This document shows positions 8,608 through 18,422 of a DNA stretch of 64,000 nt, piece after piece. This DNA comes from an uncultured bacterium. Lineage in GTDB: Bacteria > Chloroflexota > UBA5177 > JANWHV01. Within the stretch, counting starts at the first letter, position 1; the number at the start of each line of letters is the position of its first letter. The notes beneath the pieces are model-generated. The model was given only the letters and a program-made list of their open reading frames with translations. It was not told the DNA's origin and searched no databases. Both the position numbers and the translations under genes were made by a program. The stretch is taken from NCBI GenBank assembly GCA_963827235.1, contig CAWHAE010000010.1, forward strand, positions 736,001 to 800,000, written 5' to 3'.

Positions 8608-10930
8608 GTGGCCAAACTGGCGCACAGCTACTACGCCGTCGATCCCTGGTGCATCGCCGAGGAAGGCTTTGACCCCGATCACGGCCGCGCCTCGGAGTCA
8701 GTCTTCGCGCTGGCCAACGAGTACATGGGAGTTCGCGGCTACTTCGAGGAGGGCTACTCGGGCGACACGCTGCGCGGCGTCTATCTCAACGGCGTGTTCG
8801 AAGAGGCGATCGAGGAGAAGCCGCACTATCGCGGTGTCGCCAACCGCATGGCCTACATGGCCAACACCGTGGACTGGCTGTTCACGCGTCTGGTGCTCGA
8901 CGGGGAGACGCTCGACCTGGCGACCGCGCAGCACGAAGAATTCAAGCGCACGCTCGATCTTCGATCCGGTCTGCTCTCGCGGTCGTTCGTGTGGACGACC
9001 GGCACGGGCAAGCGGCTCCTCGTGGTCTTCCAGCGGCTCATAAGCATGGCCGAACCCACGCTGGGCTGCCAGCGCGTGCGCCTGACGCCGCTCAACTTCT
9101 CGGGCAGCATCACCGTTGTGCTGGCGCTGGACGCCTCCATGGAGCACGAGTCGCGGCATCGCGCCATGTTCGCGGTGCTCCGGCGGAGGCTGGCCCACGG
9201 CATGTACCGGATGCTCGGCGTGACCAAGAACAGTCGATTCATGCTGCACGCGGCGTTTGTGGTGCGCGGCCTGTCCGCGGAGGTCACGGGCCGGTACGCG
9301 CCGCCGGGCGCGATCGGAGACACGTTCACGCTGCAGCTCACAGCCGGCACGACCGTCTCGCTCGACCGGCTGGCCAGCCTGTACGCGGAGCATCGCCCGG
9401 CAGCCGGTGCCGAACAAGTCTGGCAAAACGGACTGCGTTGCGCGGCAGCCCTGACTGCAACCTCGTTCGATCGTGTTCTGGCCGAGAACGCCAGCTATTG
9501 GGCCGCGTTCTGGGATAGTTGCGACATCACCATCGAGGGCGACGCGGAGAATCTGCAGGGAATCCGCTTTTGCATGTTCCAGCTCAACCAGACATATCGC
9601 GGCAACGATCCCTCGAAGAACATCGGCGCCAAGGGCCTGACCGGTGAAGCCTACAACGGCCACGCCTTCTGGGATACGGAGACCTACTGCCTGACATTCT
9701 ACCTGCTCACCAATCCCCGGGCCGCGCGCAATCTGCTGGAATACCGATACAGCACACTTGCCCCAGGCGCTGGAGCGGGCCGAGGATGCTGGACTGCGAG
9801 GGCGCCTGTTATCCGATCGCCACACTCGACGGCACCGAATCGTGCAATCTGTGGCAGCACGCCAGCCTGCAGTTCCAGCCCACTACCGCCGTTGCCTACG
9901 CCATCTGGCATTATGTCAAAGTGTACAGGCGACACCGAGTTCCTGTTCACCCATGGCGTGGAGATGCTGGTGCAGATCTGCCGGTTCCTTGCCTCACGCG
10001 GGCAGTGGGGAGCCCCGGAGCGGCGAGTTCGGCTACTACTGCGTGATGGGCCCGGACGAATTCCAGATGATGGTGAACAACAACGCCTACACCAACTTCA
10101 TGGCCAAGCAGACCTTCGAGTACACGCTGGACGTGCTGGAGAGCATGAAGCGCACGGGAAGCGATCGCTACGGCACTCTGCCGGGCGGCTTGACCTCCGC
10201 GAAGAAGAGACTGTCGAGTGGCGACGCATGGCGAGCATGATGCGCATCCCGCGCGATCGCCGTGACGGGCATATACGAGCAGCACGACGGCTACTTCGAC
10301 CTGCCGCACATCGACGTGGACGCCATCCCGGAGGCCGATTTTCCGCTGTACAACCACTGGTCGTACGACCGCATCTACCGCAACGACATGATCAAGCAGC
10401 CCGACGTGCTGATGTTCATGTTCCTGCACAACCAGCAGTTCTCGCTGGAATGCAAGCGGGCCAACTACGAGTACTACGAGCCGCGCTGCATTCACGAGTC
10501 CTCACTCTCGCCCTCGGTGCATTCCATACTCGCCGCCGAGCTGGGCAAGCATGAAGAGGCCTTCGAGTTCTTCCGCTTCGCCACCCGGCTCGACCTCGAC
10601 GATTACAACCGCAACACGCGTGAGGGACTGCATATCACCTCCATCGCCGCCGCCTGGCTGAACATCGTGTACGGTTTCGGCGGCACGCGAACCGACGGCG
10701 AGCTGCTTTGCTTCAGTCCCACGCTCCCGTCCGCCTGGCGTTCCTACTCGTTCAGGATCGTGTTTCGGGGCGCAACTATCCGCGTGACCGCGACCGAGGA
10801 TCAGGCCGATTTTCAGGCGCACGGCGCTACGCCCATAGCGGTGCGCATTTACGGCGAGACGCACGTGCTCGACGGCGACGTGCTCGCGCTGCCGCTGCGA
10901 GGCTCTGGTGAGCCTGCCCGCAACACGTGA
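8608..10930 (+). CDS. GH65 glycoside phosphorylase (maltose/alpha-glucoside phosphorylase-like), broken by about 6 frameshifts at 9.75-10.27 kb
   Basis: KGLTGEAYNGHAFWDTE, GPDEFQ, IKQPDV, HESSLS motifs spread over ORFs 8491, 9758, 9786 and 10262; GTG start after GAGGAG. Confidence 0.85.
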
Positions 10931-11249
10931 GCGCGCCTGCCAATCCGGTGGCAGAGGGGCCACTGCCGCTTCGGCACGTGCCGGACACGGCTGCCATCGC
11001 CCGTAGACCGCGGCCGCGCCGCGTCACCAACTCCCGGCATCCAGGTGCGCGCGCAGACGTGCAATGAGCCGTGCCATGGCCGCAGTTCCGTGAAGATGAC
11101 GAAATCATGACATAGAGGGCCATGCCAAGCCATCGCCGTGCTTCCCCCATTCTTCCTGTTGTGGTGCGGGCGCTTGTGGCCGACAATAGGAGAGCGACGA
11201 TCAGAGTAATGCGCGGCCTCCGCGCCGAGTGGTTCAGCAAGGGACGACG

Positions 11250-11858
11250 ATGAGTATTCAGTCCGTCAGCAGCAGCAGCGACCTATCGACGCTGCTGGAG
11301 TCGCTGCTCTCGAGCGAATCCGCCTCGAGCAGCTCGACCAGCTCCAGCACCAGCGGCGACTCAGCAACCATCTCCGAAGAGGCTCTGGCTCTTCTCGAAG
11401 GATCGAGCTCGACGGGCAGCACCAGCAGCACGAGCAGCGGCATCACCTACGACGGCAACACCTACAGCGTCAGCCAGGCGCTGCTTTCCATGCTCAACGG
11501 GTCGAGCAGCAGCAGCGGCACTTCGGCGTCCGACATCATGAGCGAGATCAGCTCGATCGCCCAGAGCAGCACCGCGTCCTCCCAGACGAGCACACTGAGC
11601 ACCCTGGTGAAGGAGCTCGACGCCACCGACCGGCTAGACGGCGTGAATGCTCTGCTCGGCGGGAGCTCGTCCAGCTCGGACTCCAGCGACTTGCTGAGCA
11701 GCCTGGCGTCCGACTACTCGAGCAGCACGTCGGACACGACCGCCAGCACCCTGGCAACCTTGCTGGAGAAGCTGGCTGCCAGCTCCACCGCGGCGACGAG
11801 CAGCTCGTCGAGCAGCAGCACATCGACCGCCAGCACGTCGAGCTCGACCAGCTCCTGA
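11250..11858 (+). CDS. Ser/Thr-rich low-complexity hypothetical protein
   Basis: GC3-biased codons; alternating Ser tracts and amphipathic segments (DLSTLLESLL, ATISEEALALL). Confidence 0.65.
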   Translation: MSIQSVSSSSDLSTLLESLLSSESASSSSTSSSTSGDSATISEEALALLEGSSSTGSTSSTSSGITYDGNTYSVSQALLSMLNGSSSSSGTSASDIMSEISSIAQSSTASSQTSTLSTLVKELDATDRLDGVNALLGGSSSSSDSSDLLSSLASDYSSSTSDTTASTLATLLEKLAASSTAATSSSSSSSTSTASTSSSTSS

Positions 11859-12394
11859 CGCCGCACCGGACGAGTATATCCCAAGCCGGATCGCGCGAAT
11901 GCGCAGACTCATGCAGCCGACCGGCCACGGCCAGTCAGTGAGCTACCTGAGCGGCCGGGCCAGATTGTGTTGCCGGAGCACGCCGCGTGGCGCGTAGCCG
12001 TACGCCGGGCCATCTCTGCGCTCCGCTCAGCAGGAGTGCGTACCGGGACATTCTGACTCAGCGGCTCGTCGAATCGCAACGGATGAACGGCAAGGAACTG
12101 GCTCGGCCCGTGTGCCTGACAGGCGAAGACGGTCGGGATGTCCGCGGTTTCGGGCGCGGGTGTCACTTGGATTTCACCAGCCGGATCAGATTTCAGGACC
12201 ACCCCGGCCGGAACACGGCGGCGCGCCTTAACAGCCCGTTGGCTACAGTGCAATAGAGACGGCTCGGCCGGAACCTCCGGCGCGCGCTCCGGCGTGGTCG
12301 CCGAGCGGGCGAACCGCATACGAGACTGCCCCGTTCCGCCTATCACGGCGGGACGGCGGCGGCAGATGAGATCGATGCGGAAAGGACGTGGCGC

Positions 12395-12910
12395 ATGCAA
12401 CGTGAACGATCCCGGCTCGCCGGGCTGGCCGGCAAGCTGCAGCCGGCGGTATGGGCGGTAGGCGCGTACAGGGTGGCACACCACCTGCACTCGATGGGAG
12501 TACCGGCCCTGCCAGGCGTCCTCTCGATTCTCGCCCGCGTCGTCACCGGTGCCGAGATCGACTATCGCGCCACGATTGGCAGGCGCTTCGACCTGCAGCA
12601 CGGCTTTGGCGTGGTGATCGGCGACACCGCCGTGATCGGAGATGACTGCCTGGTCCTGCAGGGAGTCACGCTGGGTGCCAGGTCGCGGGAGGATATCGTG
12701 CCCCAGGAGCGGATCCACCCGCTGATCGGGAACCGCGTAACGATCTACGCCGGTGCCAAGGTGATCGGCCCGGTCTCGATCGGGGATGACGCGGTGATCG
12801 GCGCCAACGCCGTCGTGCTATCCGACGTGCCAGCGGGGGCGCTGGCGGTCGGCGTGCCGGCCAGGCTGATCGATCGGCGGCGGCGGGCCGGCGAAGAACA
12901 GGCGGGATAG
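12395..12910 (+). CDS. Serine O-acetyltransferase-like (CysE/EpsC) hexapeptide-repeat acetyltransferase
   Basis: TGAEIDYRATIG..HGFGVVIGDTAVIGDD..QGVTLG..HP..AGAKVIG..GVPAR; N-terminus short. Confidence 0.8.
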   Translation: MQRERSRLAGLAGKLQPAVWAVGAYRVAHHLHSMGVPALPGVLSILARVVTGAEIDYRATIGRRFDLQHGFGVVIGDTAVIGDDCLVLQGVTLGARSREDIVPQERIHPLIGNRVTIYAGAKVIGPVSIGDDAVIGANAVVLSDVPAGALAVGVPARLIDRRRRAGEEQAG

Positions 12911-13276
12911 GCGACGCCGGCAAGAGCATCTCACCCACGGGCAAGCACACGTCGCCCGAAGTGGACGGCCGATGGACGGCGCAGGTACACTTCAGGGCAG
13001 GTTAGTTCTTCCCGATACCTTATGCACGCTGAGCGCATCGCCGCGACTTAGCGTGTTGCCCAATGGTGCGCAGCCCGTTGCTCCTCCGGGAGTGCATGCG
13101 GGGGTCACAGGCGCATGATTGGTGCCTTCAGGCGACGCTCCCCAATGGATGGACTCCGGTCACCGGGTGAGGCTCCAGACCCGGATCGCTCGGGGTTCGA
13201 CGGCACCACAAGCGCGAGGGCGTCACACTGATCTGTAGCGGTCACACGGTGACACTGGGTGCGCGGAGGGCCTTGC

Positions 13277-14203
13277 ATGAGTCAGAGTGCCGAGAGCCTG
13301 GCGCCCGCGACATGGGTAGTCGCGGAGGATACCGAAGTCCAGCACTACCACTCCCACTGGGAGCTTGCCTGGCGAAGACTGCGCCGCAATCGTGCCGCCC
13401 TCCTGGGCGCGGCAATCGTGATCGTGCTGGTGCTGGCGGCCATCTTCGCGCCGTTGCTGGCACCGCACGATCCGAACCAGCCCTTTGATTCCGGACTCAC
13501 GCTCGACGGCACACCGGCGCCGCCGAGCAGCACCTTCCTCCTCGGGGCCGATACGCTGGGCCGCGACCTGCTGTCGCGTATTCTGTACGGCGCGCGCATC
13601 TCCCTGGCTATCGGCATCGTGGCCAACGGACTGGCCATGCTGATTGGGGTAGCCGTCGGTCTGGTCGGCGGCTATTTCGCGGGATGGGCCGGCACGATCG
13701 TCATGCGCATCACCGACGTAATGATGGCCTTTCCCGTTCTGTTGCTGGCTATCGCCCTGGTCGCCGTGCTCAAGCCCAGCTTGTGGATCGTGATCGGGGT
13801 AATCGCCTTCGTGTACTGGACCCCGGTGGCGCGCATCGTGCACGGCCAGGTGCTCACGATCAAGGAGCGTGAGTTCGTGGAGGCGGCACGCGCGATCGGG
13901 GCCGGCCAGTGGCGCATTCTCTTTCGTCACGTGCTGCCACATCTCGTGCCGGTGATCATCGTCTACACGACTCTGGGTATCGCCACGAACGTGCTGTTCG
14001 AGGCAGCCCTCAGCTACCTGGGCGTGGGCGTGCAGCCACCGACGCCGTCGTGGGGCGCCATGATCAGCGACGGGCAGTCCTATTATCGAACCGCGCCCTG
14101 GCTGGTGCTCTATCCCGGCCTGGCCATCATGCTCACCGTGCTGGGCTTCTCGCTGCTCGGCGACGGGCTACGCGACGCCGTCGACCCGACCTGGAGAGAC
14201 TGA
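13277..14203 (+). CDS. Peptide/nickel ABC permease (DppC/OppC-like)
   Basis: LGADTLGRDLLSRILYGARISL; EFVEAARAIGA EAA loop. Confidence 0.93.
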   Translation: MSQSAESLAPATWVVAEDTEVQHYHSHWELAWRRLRRNRAALLGAAIVIVLVLAAIFAPLLAPHDPNQPFDSGLTLDGTPAPPSSTFLLGADTLGRDLLSRILYGARISLAIGIVANGLAMLIGVAVGLVGGYFAGWAGTIVMRITDVMMAFPVLLLAIALVAVLKPSLWIVIGVIAFVYWTPVARIVHGQVLTIKEREFVEAARAIGAGQWRILFRHVLPHLVPVIIVYTTLGIATNVLFEAALSYLGVGVQPPTPSWGAMISDGQSYYRTAPWLVLYPGLAIMLTVLGFSLLGDGLRDAVDPTWRD

Positions 14204-14204
14204 G

Positions 14205-15125
14205 ATGGGCACATACGTCGTCCGCCGCCTGTTCCTGGCCGCCTTCGTGATCTTGGGCGTGTCGCTGATCACGTTCATGCTCGCCTACCTCGTGCCGGCC
14301 GACCCCGCGCGCGTGTACGCGGGATCGAACGCCTCGGCGCAGACGGTAGCGAGCATCCGGCAGCAGCTTGGCCTCAACCGCCCCCTTGTCGTGCAGTACG
14401 TCGATTACGTCGGCCGAGCTCTCCACGGCGACCTCGGCACGTCCTACAAGCTGCAGACACCTGTGTTGAGTGCGATCGAGGCGCGCTTTCCCTATACGCT
14501 CGCTCTTGGAGCGGTAGGCATCCTCGTGGAGCTCCTGATAGGCATCCCAATCGGACTGGTCTCCGCACTGCGGCCGCACACCTGGGTCGATCGCGGCGCA
14601 ATGGGCTTCGCCATGCTCGGCGTTGCCGCTCCTCAATTCTGGCTGGGCCTGGTACTGCTCTACGTATTCGGCTACCTGGTGCCGATATTTCCGCTCGGTC
14701 TCGCCCAGCACCCCAGCTCGATCGTGCTTCCCGCGCTCACCGTTGGCCTCAGCGGCGGCGTCTGGTACGCGCGCATCTTGCGCTCGGCAATGCTGGAAAC
14801 CCTGAGAGCGGACTACGTGCGTACCGCTCGCTCCAAGGGCTTGCGCGGCGTCGCAGTCGTGGCGCGCCATGCGTTGCCGAACGCCATCACCCCTATAATC
14901 ACGCAGATCGGCCTCGACATGGCCTATTTCCTGGGCGGCATCGTGGTCGTGGAGAGCGTGTTCGGTTGGCCGGGCGTCGGCCAGCTGGCCTACCAGGCAA
15001 TCCAGAACGACGATATCCCCATGATCATGGGTACCGTACTGTTCTCCGCCGTGATCATCGTGCTCGTCAACATCGTGGTCGACCTCGTCTACGCCGTGCT
15101 GAATCCGCGAGTCGTGTATAGCTAG
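14205..15125 (+). CDS. Peptide/nickel ABC permease (DppB/OppB-like)
   Basis: GDLGTSY, DYVRTARSKGL, ESVFGWPGVG. Confidence 0.93.
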   Translation: MGTYVVRRLFLAAFVILGVSLITFMLAYLVPADPARVYAGSNASAQTVASIRQQLGLNRPLVVQYVDYVGRALHGDLGTSYKLQTPVLSAIEARFPYTLALGAVGILVELLIGIPIGLVSALRPHTWVDRGAMGFAMLGVAAPQFWLGLVLLYVFGYLVPIFPLGLAQHPSSIVLPALTVGLSGGVWYARILRSAMLETLRADYVRTARSKGLRGVAVVARHALPNAITPIITQIGLDMAYFLGGIVVVESVFGWPGVGQLAYQAIQNDDIPMIMGTVLFSAVIIVLVNIVVDLVYAVLNPRVVYS

Positions 15126-15359
15126 CGCGAACGCCAACAAACGTAGTTTGTTCCGTGCCTCGCCGGCTTCATTCCCGGCCTGCAGGCGCGGACCGTCCGG
15201 CCCATGGCTCCACAAACGAGACCGGCAGAAGACAGTGCAAGGAGGTTCTCAATGATGGCCTGATCGCGTGACGATTTGTCGCGCACGGCGAGTGCCGTAG
15301 CGTTGTTTCCAGGCTTCTGCGGCGATGACCCGCGTTGACCGCCCGCACCAAGAAAGGAC

Positions 15360-17027
15360 ATGCGAATGAGGGGGACGGCTCTTGGCAGACCATACATGAA
15401 GCGAGGTGCCGCGGCGCTGGCAATCGTCGTGTCGATGATCATCCCGTCGTGCCTCGGGGCCGGGCAGAGGGCAAACGCTACAGTTCTTTCTGCCGATTCG
15501 CCGGCCTACGGCGGCGTCCTCACGCAGGGCTTCAAGGATGACCTCGCCACGCTCGATCCCGCCATCGGCTATGACTGGAACAATTGGCCGGCCGAGAAGA
15601 TGGTGTTCGACGGCCTGCTGGACTATAACGAAGGCACGACCCTGGAGCCACGGCTGGCAGCCGCGATGCCCGTGATCAGCGACGGCAGCAAGACCTACAC
15701 CTTCACCCTGCGCAAGGGCGTGCAGTTTCAGAATGGACGCGAAGTCACGGCAGACGACGTGGCTTACACGATCAATCGCGTGCTCGATCCCAAGACCAAG
15801 AGCCCCGGCCAGAGCTTCTTCCTCGGCATCCAGGGAGCTCAGGACGTGGCCAACGGCAAGGCCGCCACGGCAAGCGGCATCAGGGTGCTGGGCCGCTACT
15901 CCATCCGCTTTACGCTCAGCGAGCCGGATACGACGTTCCTCAACGTGATGGCTATGAACTTCGCCTACGTAGTGCCGAAGGAAGTCGTGGCCAAGGAAGG
16001 CGCGAACTTCGGCCACGCCCCCGTAGGCACCGGGCCGTTCATCCTCAAGCAATGGGTACCGGGTCAGAAGATCGTCTTTGTGCGCAACCCGCACTACTTC
16101 TACGACAAGCTGCCCTACCTCGACGGAGTCACATTCCTGATCGGCCTGGATCCGGAGGTTGCGTTGCTGCGTCTGCAGAGCGGCCAGCTGGACATGCTGG
16201 CCGATCCGATTCCAGCGGCCGACTTCGCGTCAATCCACAGCGATCCGCGGTATGCCAATCAGCTGGTCAGGTACGTGCAGCCGGAGACAACGTACATCAC
16301 GCTGAACACCCAGGTTGCTCCCTTCAACAACGTGAAGGTGCGACAGGCCGTGAACATGGCGATCGACAAGGATCGCGTTGTGCGGCTGATGGCCGGCCGG
16401 GCGGCGGTGGCAAACCAGATTCTGCCTCCCCTGATGCCCGGCTACGATCCGTCCTACAAGGGCTACGCCTACGACCCGGCACAGGCGCGCAAGCTCCTGA
16501 CCGAGGCAGGGTATCCTCACGGTTTCAGCACCCAGCTCTACGTGCTCAACGTCGATCCGCAGCCGCGCATTGCCCAGTCCATGCAGCGCGACCTTGCCCA
16601 AGTCGGCATAACGGCCAGCGTGGTGCCGCTTGCCTCCGCTACGCTTGTGGACCTGGCCGGCACGCCGCGCAAGGCTCCCATGGTCTGGTCGGGCGGCGAG
16701 GCCTGGCTGCAGGATTTCCCCGATCCGTCCGACTTCTACGGACCGATCTTGAGCTGCGCCTCAGCCGTGCAAGGCGGATGGAACTGGTCATTCTACTGCG
16801 ACAACAAGCTGGACACGCAGGCCGCGCAGCTCAAGTCCATGCCTAACGGGCCGGCGCGCTACGCCGGTTACCGGTCCATGTTCAGCCAGATCATGGCGCA
16901 GGCACCCTGGGTGCCCGTTATTAACGACGTGAACTACGTGCTGCACAGCGCCCAGATCCACGGCAACCCCACCGACTTCACGCACAACGTCCACACCTTC
17001 TTCTATGAGCGGCTGTGGAAGAAATGA
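15360..17027 (+). CDS. Family-5 ABC solute-binding protein (DppA/OppA-like)
   Basis: TLDPA, YTFTLRKGVQFQNG, PVGTGPF, VRQAVNMAID; signal peptide; exact start uncertain (15360/15366/15396). Confidence 0.92.
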   Translation: MRMRGTALGRPYMKRGAAALAIVVSMIIPSCLGAGQRANATVLSADSPAYGGVLTQGFKDDLATLDPAIGYDWNNWPAEKMVFDGLLDYNEGTTLEPRLAAAMPVISDGSKTYTFTLRKGVQFQNGREVTADDVAYTINRVLDPKTKSPGQSFFLGIQGAQDVANGKAATASGIRVLGRYSIRFTLSEPDTTFLNVMAMNFAYVVPKEVVAKEGANFGHAPVGTGPFILKQWVPGQKIVFVRNPHYFYDKLPYLDGVTFLIGLDPEVALLRLQSGQLDMLADPIPAADFASIHSDPRYANQLVRYVQPETTYITLNTQVAPFNNVKVRQAVNMAIDKDRVVRLMAGRAAVANQILPPLMPGYDPSYKGYAYDPAQARKLLTEAGYPHGFSTQLYVLNVDPQPRIAQSMQRDLAQVGITASVVPLASATLVDLAGTPRKAPMVWSGGEAWLQDFPDPSDFYGPILSCASAVQGGWNWSFYCDNKLDTQAAQLKSMPNGPARYAGYRSMFSQIMAQAPWVPVINDVNYVLHSAQIHGNPTDFTHNVHTFFYERLWKK

Positions 17028-17040
17028 GGTTGAGGTGAGC

Positions 17041-17979
17041 GTGCGATCCATTCATACGCTCGACGCTGAGCGCTACCAGCACTTCTGGGACAACAGCGTG
17101 CCGCCGGTTCTGACGGTGCGCCCGGGCGAGCCAATCACCGTGGCAACGCGCGACTCCGGCAACTCGCAGATCCAGCCCGGGGACGGCGTGGAGGCTGTGG
17201 TCAACCTCGATTTCTCGCGCGTCAACCCGATAACCGGGCCGATCGCCATCGAAGGAGCCCGGCCGGGAGACGTCCTGCAGGTCGACATCCAGGAGATAGA
17301 CGTTCGCGATTGGGGGTGGACCGCCAGCATCCCGGGCTTCGGCCTGCTGGCGGACGAGTATCCGGATCCGTACGTCAAGCTCTGGCAGTGCGACTGGGAT
17401 CGGCACGTCGCCCAGTTCAAGCCGGGAATCTCCGTGCCCCTCGATCCGTTTGTCGGCGTGATCGGAGTGGCGCCCGAGGAGTCGGGCCAGCACGCTACCG
17501 TGCCGCCTCGCCGGGTTGGCGGCAACATGGACGTTCGTTTCATGCGTGCCGGCACCACGCTCTATCTGCCCGTGGCAGTGGAGGGGGCCCTGTTCTCGAT
17601 CGGCGACCTGCACTGCGCCCAGGGCGACGGCGAAGTGTGCGGCACGGCGATCGAGACGGCCGGCACCGTTGCCCTCAACTTCACCCTGCACCGTTCGTTC
17701 AGCCTCGACTTTCCCATGTACTACGTGGAAGGCCATCTGGTGCGCCGGGGTACAGAGCGGGGTTATCACGCAACCACAGGAATCGGGCCGGACCTGATGG
17801 ACGCGACTCGCGACGCCGTGCGCGGTATGATAGCTTATCTGCACCGCACGCACGACGTGTCGCCGGTGGAAGCCTACGTGCTGTGTTCGGTGGCCGGCGA
17901 CCTGAAAATCAGTGAGGTAGTGGACGCACCGAACTGGGTCGTGTCCTTCCTCGTGCCGGACAGCCTGTTCGACGACTGA
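17041..17979 (+). CDS. Acetamidase/formamidase family protein
   Basis: NPITGPIAIEGARPGD, GGNMD, GDLHCAQGDGEVCGTAIE. Confidence 0.9.
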   Translation: MRSIHTLDAERYQHFWDNSVPPVLTVRPGEPITVATRDSGNSQIQPGDGVEAVVNLDFSRVNPITGPIAIEGARPGDVLQVDIQEIDVRDWGWTASIPGFGLLADEYPDPYVKLWQCDWDRHVAQFKPGISVPLDPFVGVIGVAPEESGQHATVPPRRVGGNMDVRFMRAGTTLYLPVAVEGALFSIGDLHCAQGDGEVCGTAIETAGTVALNFTLHRSFSLDFPMYYVEGHLVRRGTERGYHATTGIGPDLMDATRDAVRGMIAYLHRTHDVSPVEAYVLCSVAGDLKISEVVDAPNWVVSFLVPDSLFDD

Positions 17980-18422
17980 AGCTGTTGGTGTGGAACGCGG
18001 TGCGCTTCCACACCGGAGCCCGGCGAGTCTCGAGGGGCGAATCAGGTTCGACCGCCTTCAATCAGGCGATGAGCGTGGTTCGCCCCCGAGGCATACATGA
18101 TCGACCGACTGCTCGGTCTGACTCTGAGCCGCGACATTCGCGTCGCGGTGAATGCCGAGGTGACTGTTTCTTTCGTGCCGACGCAGCCCGAGAAATCGCA
18201 GACATGCCTGAGGCAGCAGGGTCCAGATCTTGCCGAGAAATCGAATTCCCCGCTCACTTCGCGCAGCATGAGCTCTAGATTAGCAAAAGCGTGCGATTGA
18301 CTCGGCGACTCAGCTATCAGACTATTGAACGGGCATACTCGTATCGCCAATGGACCGCGACCCGATGCGAGACCGGCCGGCGTGGCCGAGCAACGAGCGA
18401 GTGGGCGCGTCCGAGGGATTTG

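Noticed and set aside
8491-10930. Treating the second GH65 as several genes or as a decayed pseudogene
   Set aside because: The fragments join into one intact protein with catalytic motifs; the indel pattern looks like consensus error
11270-11858. agc/tcg repeats as a tandem-repeat or CRISPR-like array
   Set aside because: Ser codons in a coding sequence; no constant repeat-spacer structure
13140-13230. Guanidine-I or other known riboswitch upstream of the ABC/amidase operon
   Set aside because: Consensus elements could not be matched by eye; needs an Infernal search
17985-18420. c-di-GMP riboswitch upstream of the diguanylate cyclase
   Set aside because: No GEMM-type conserved motif found
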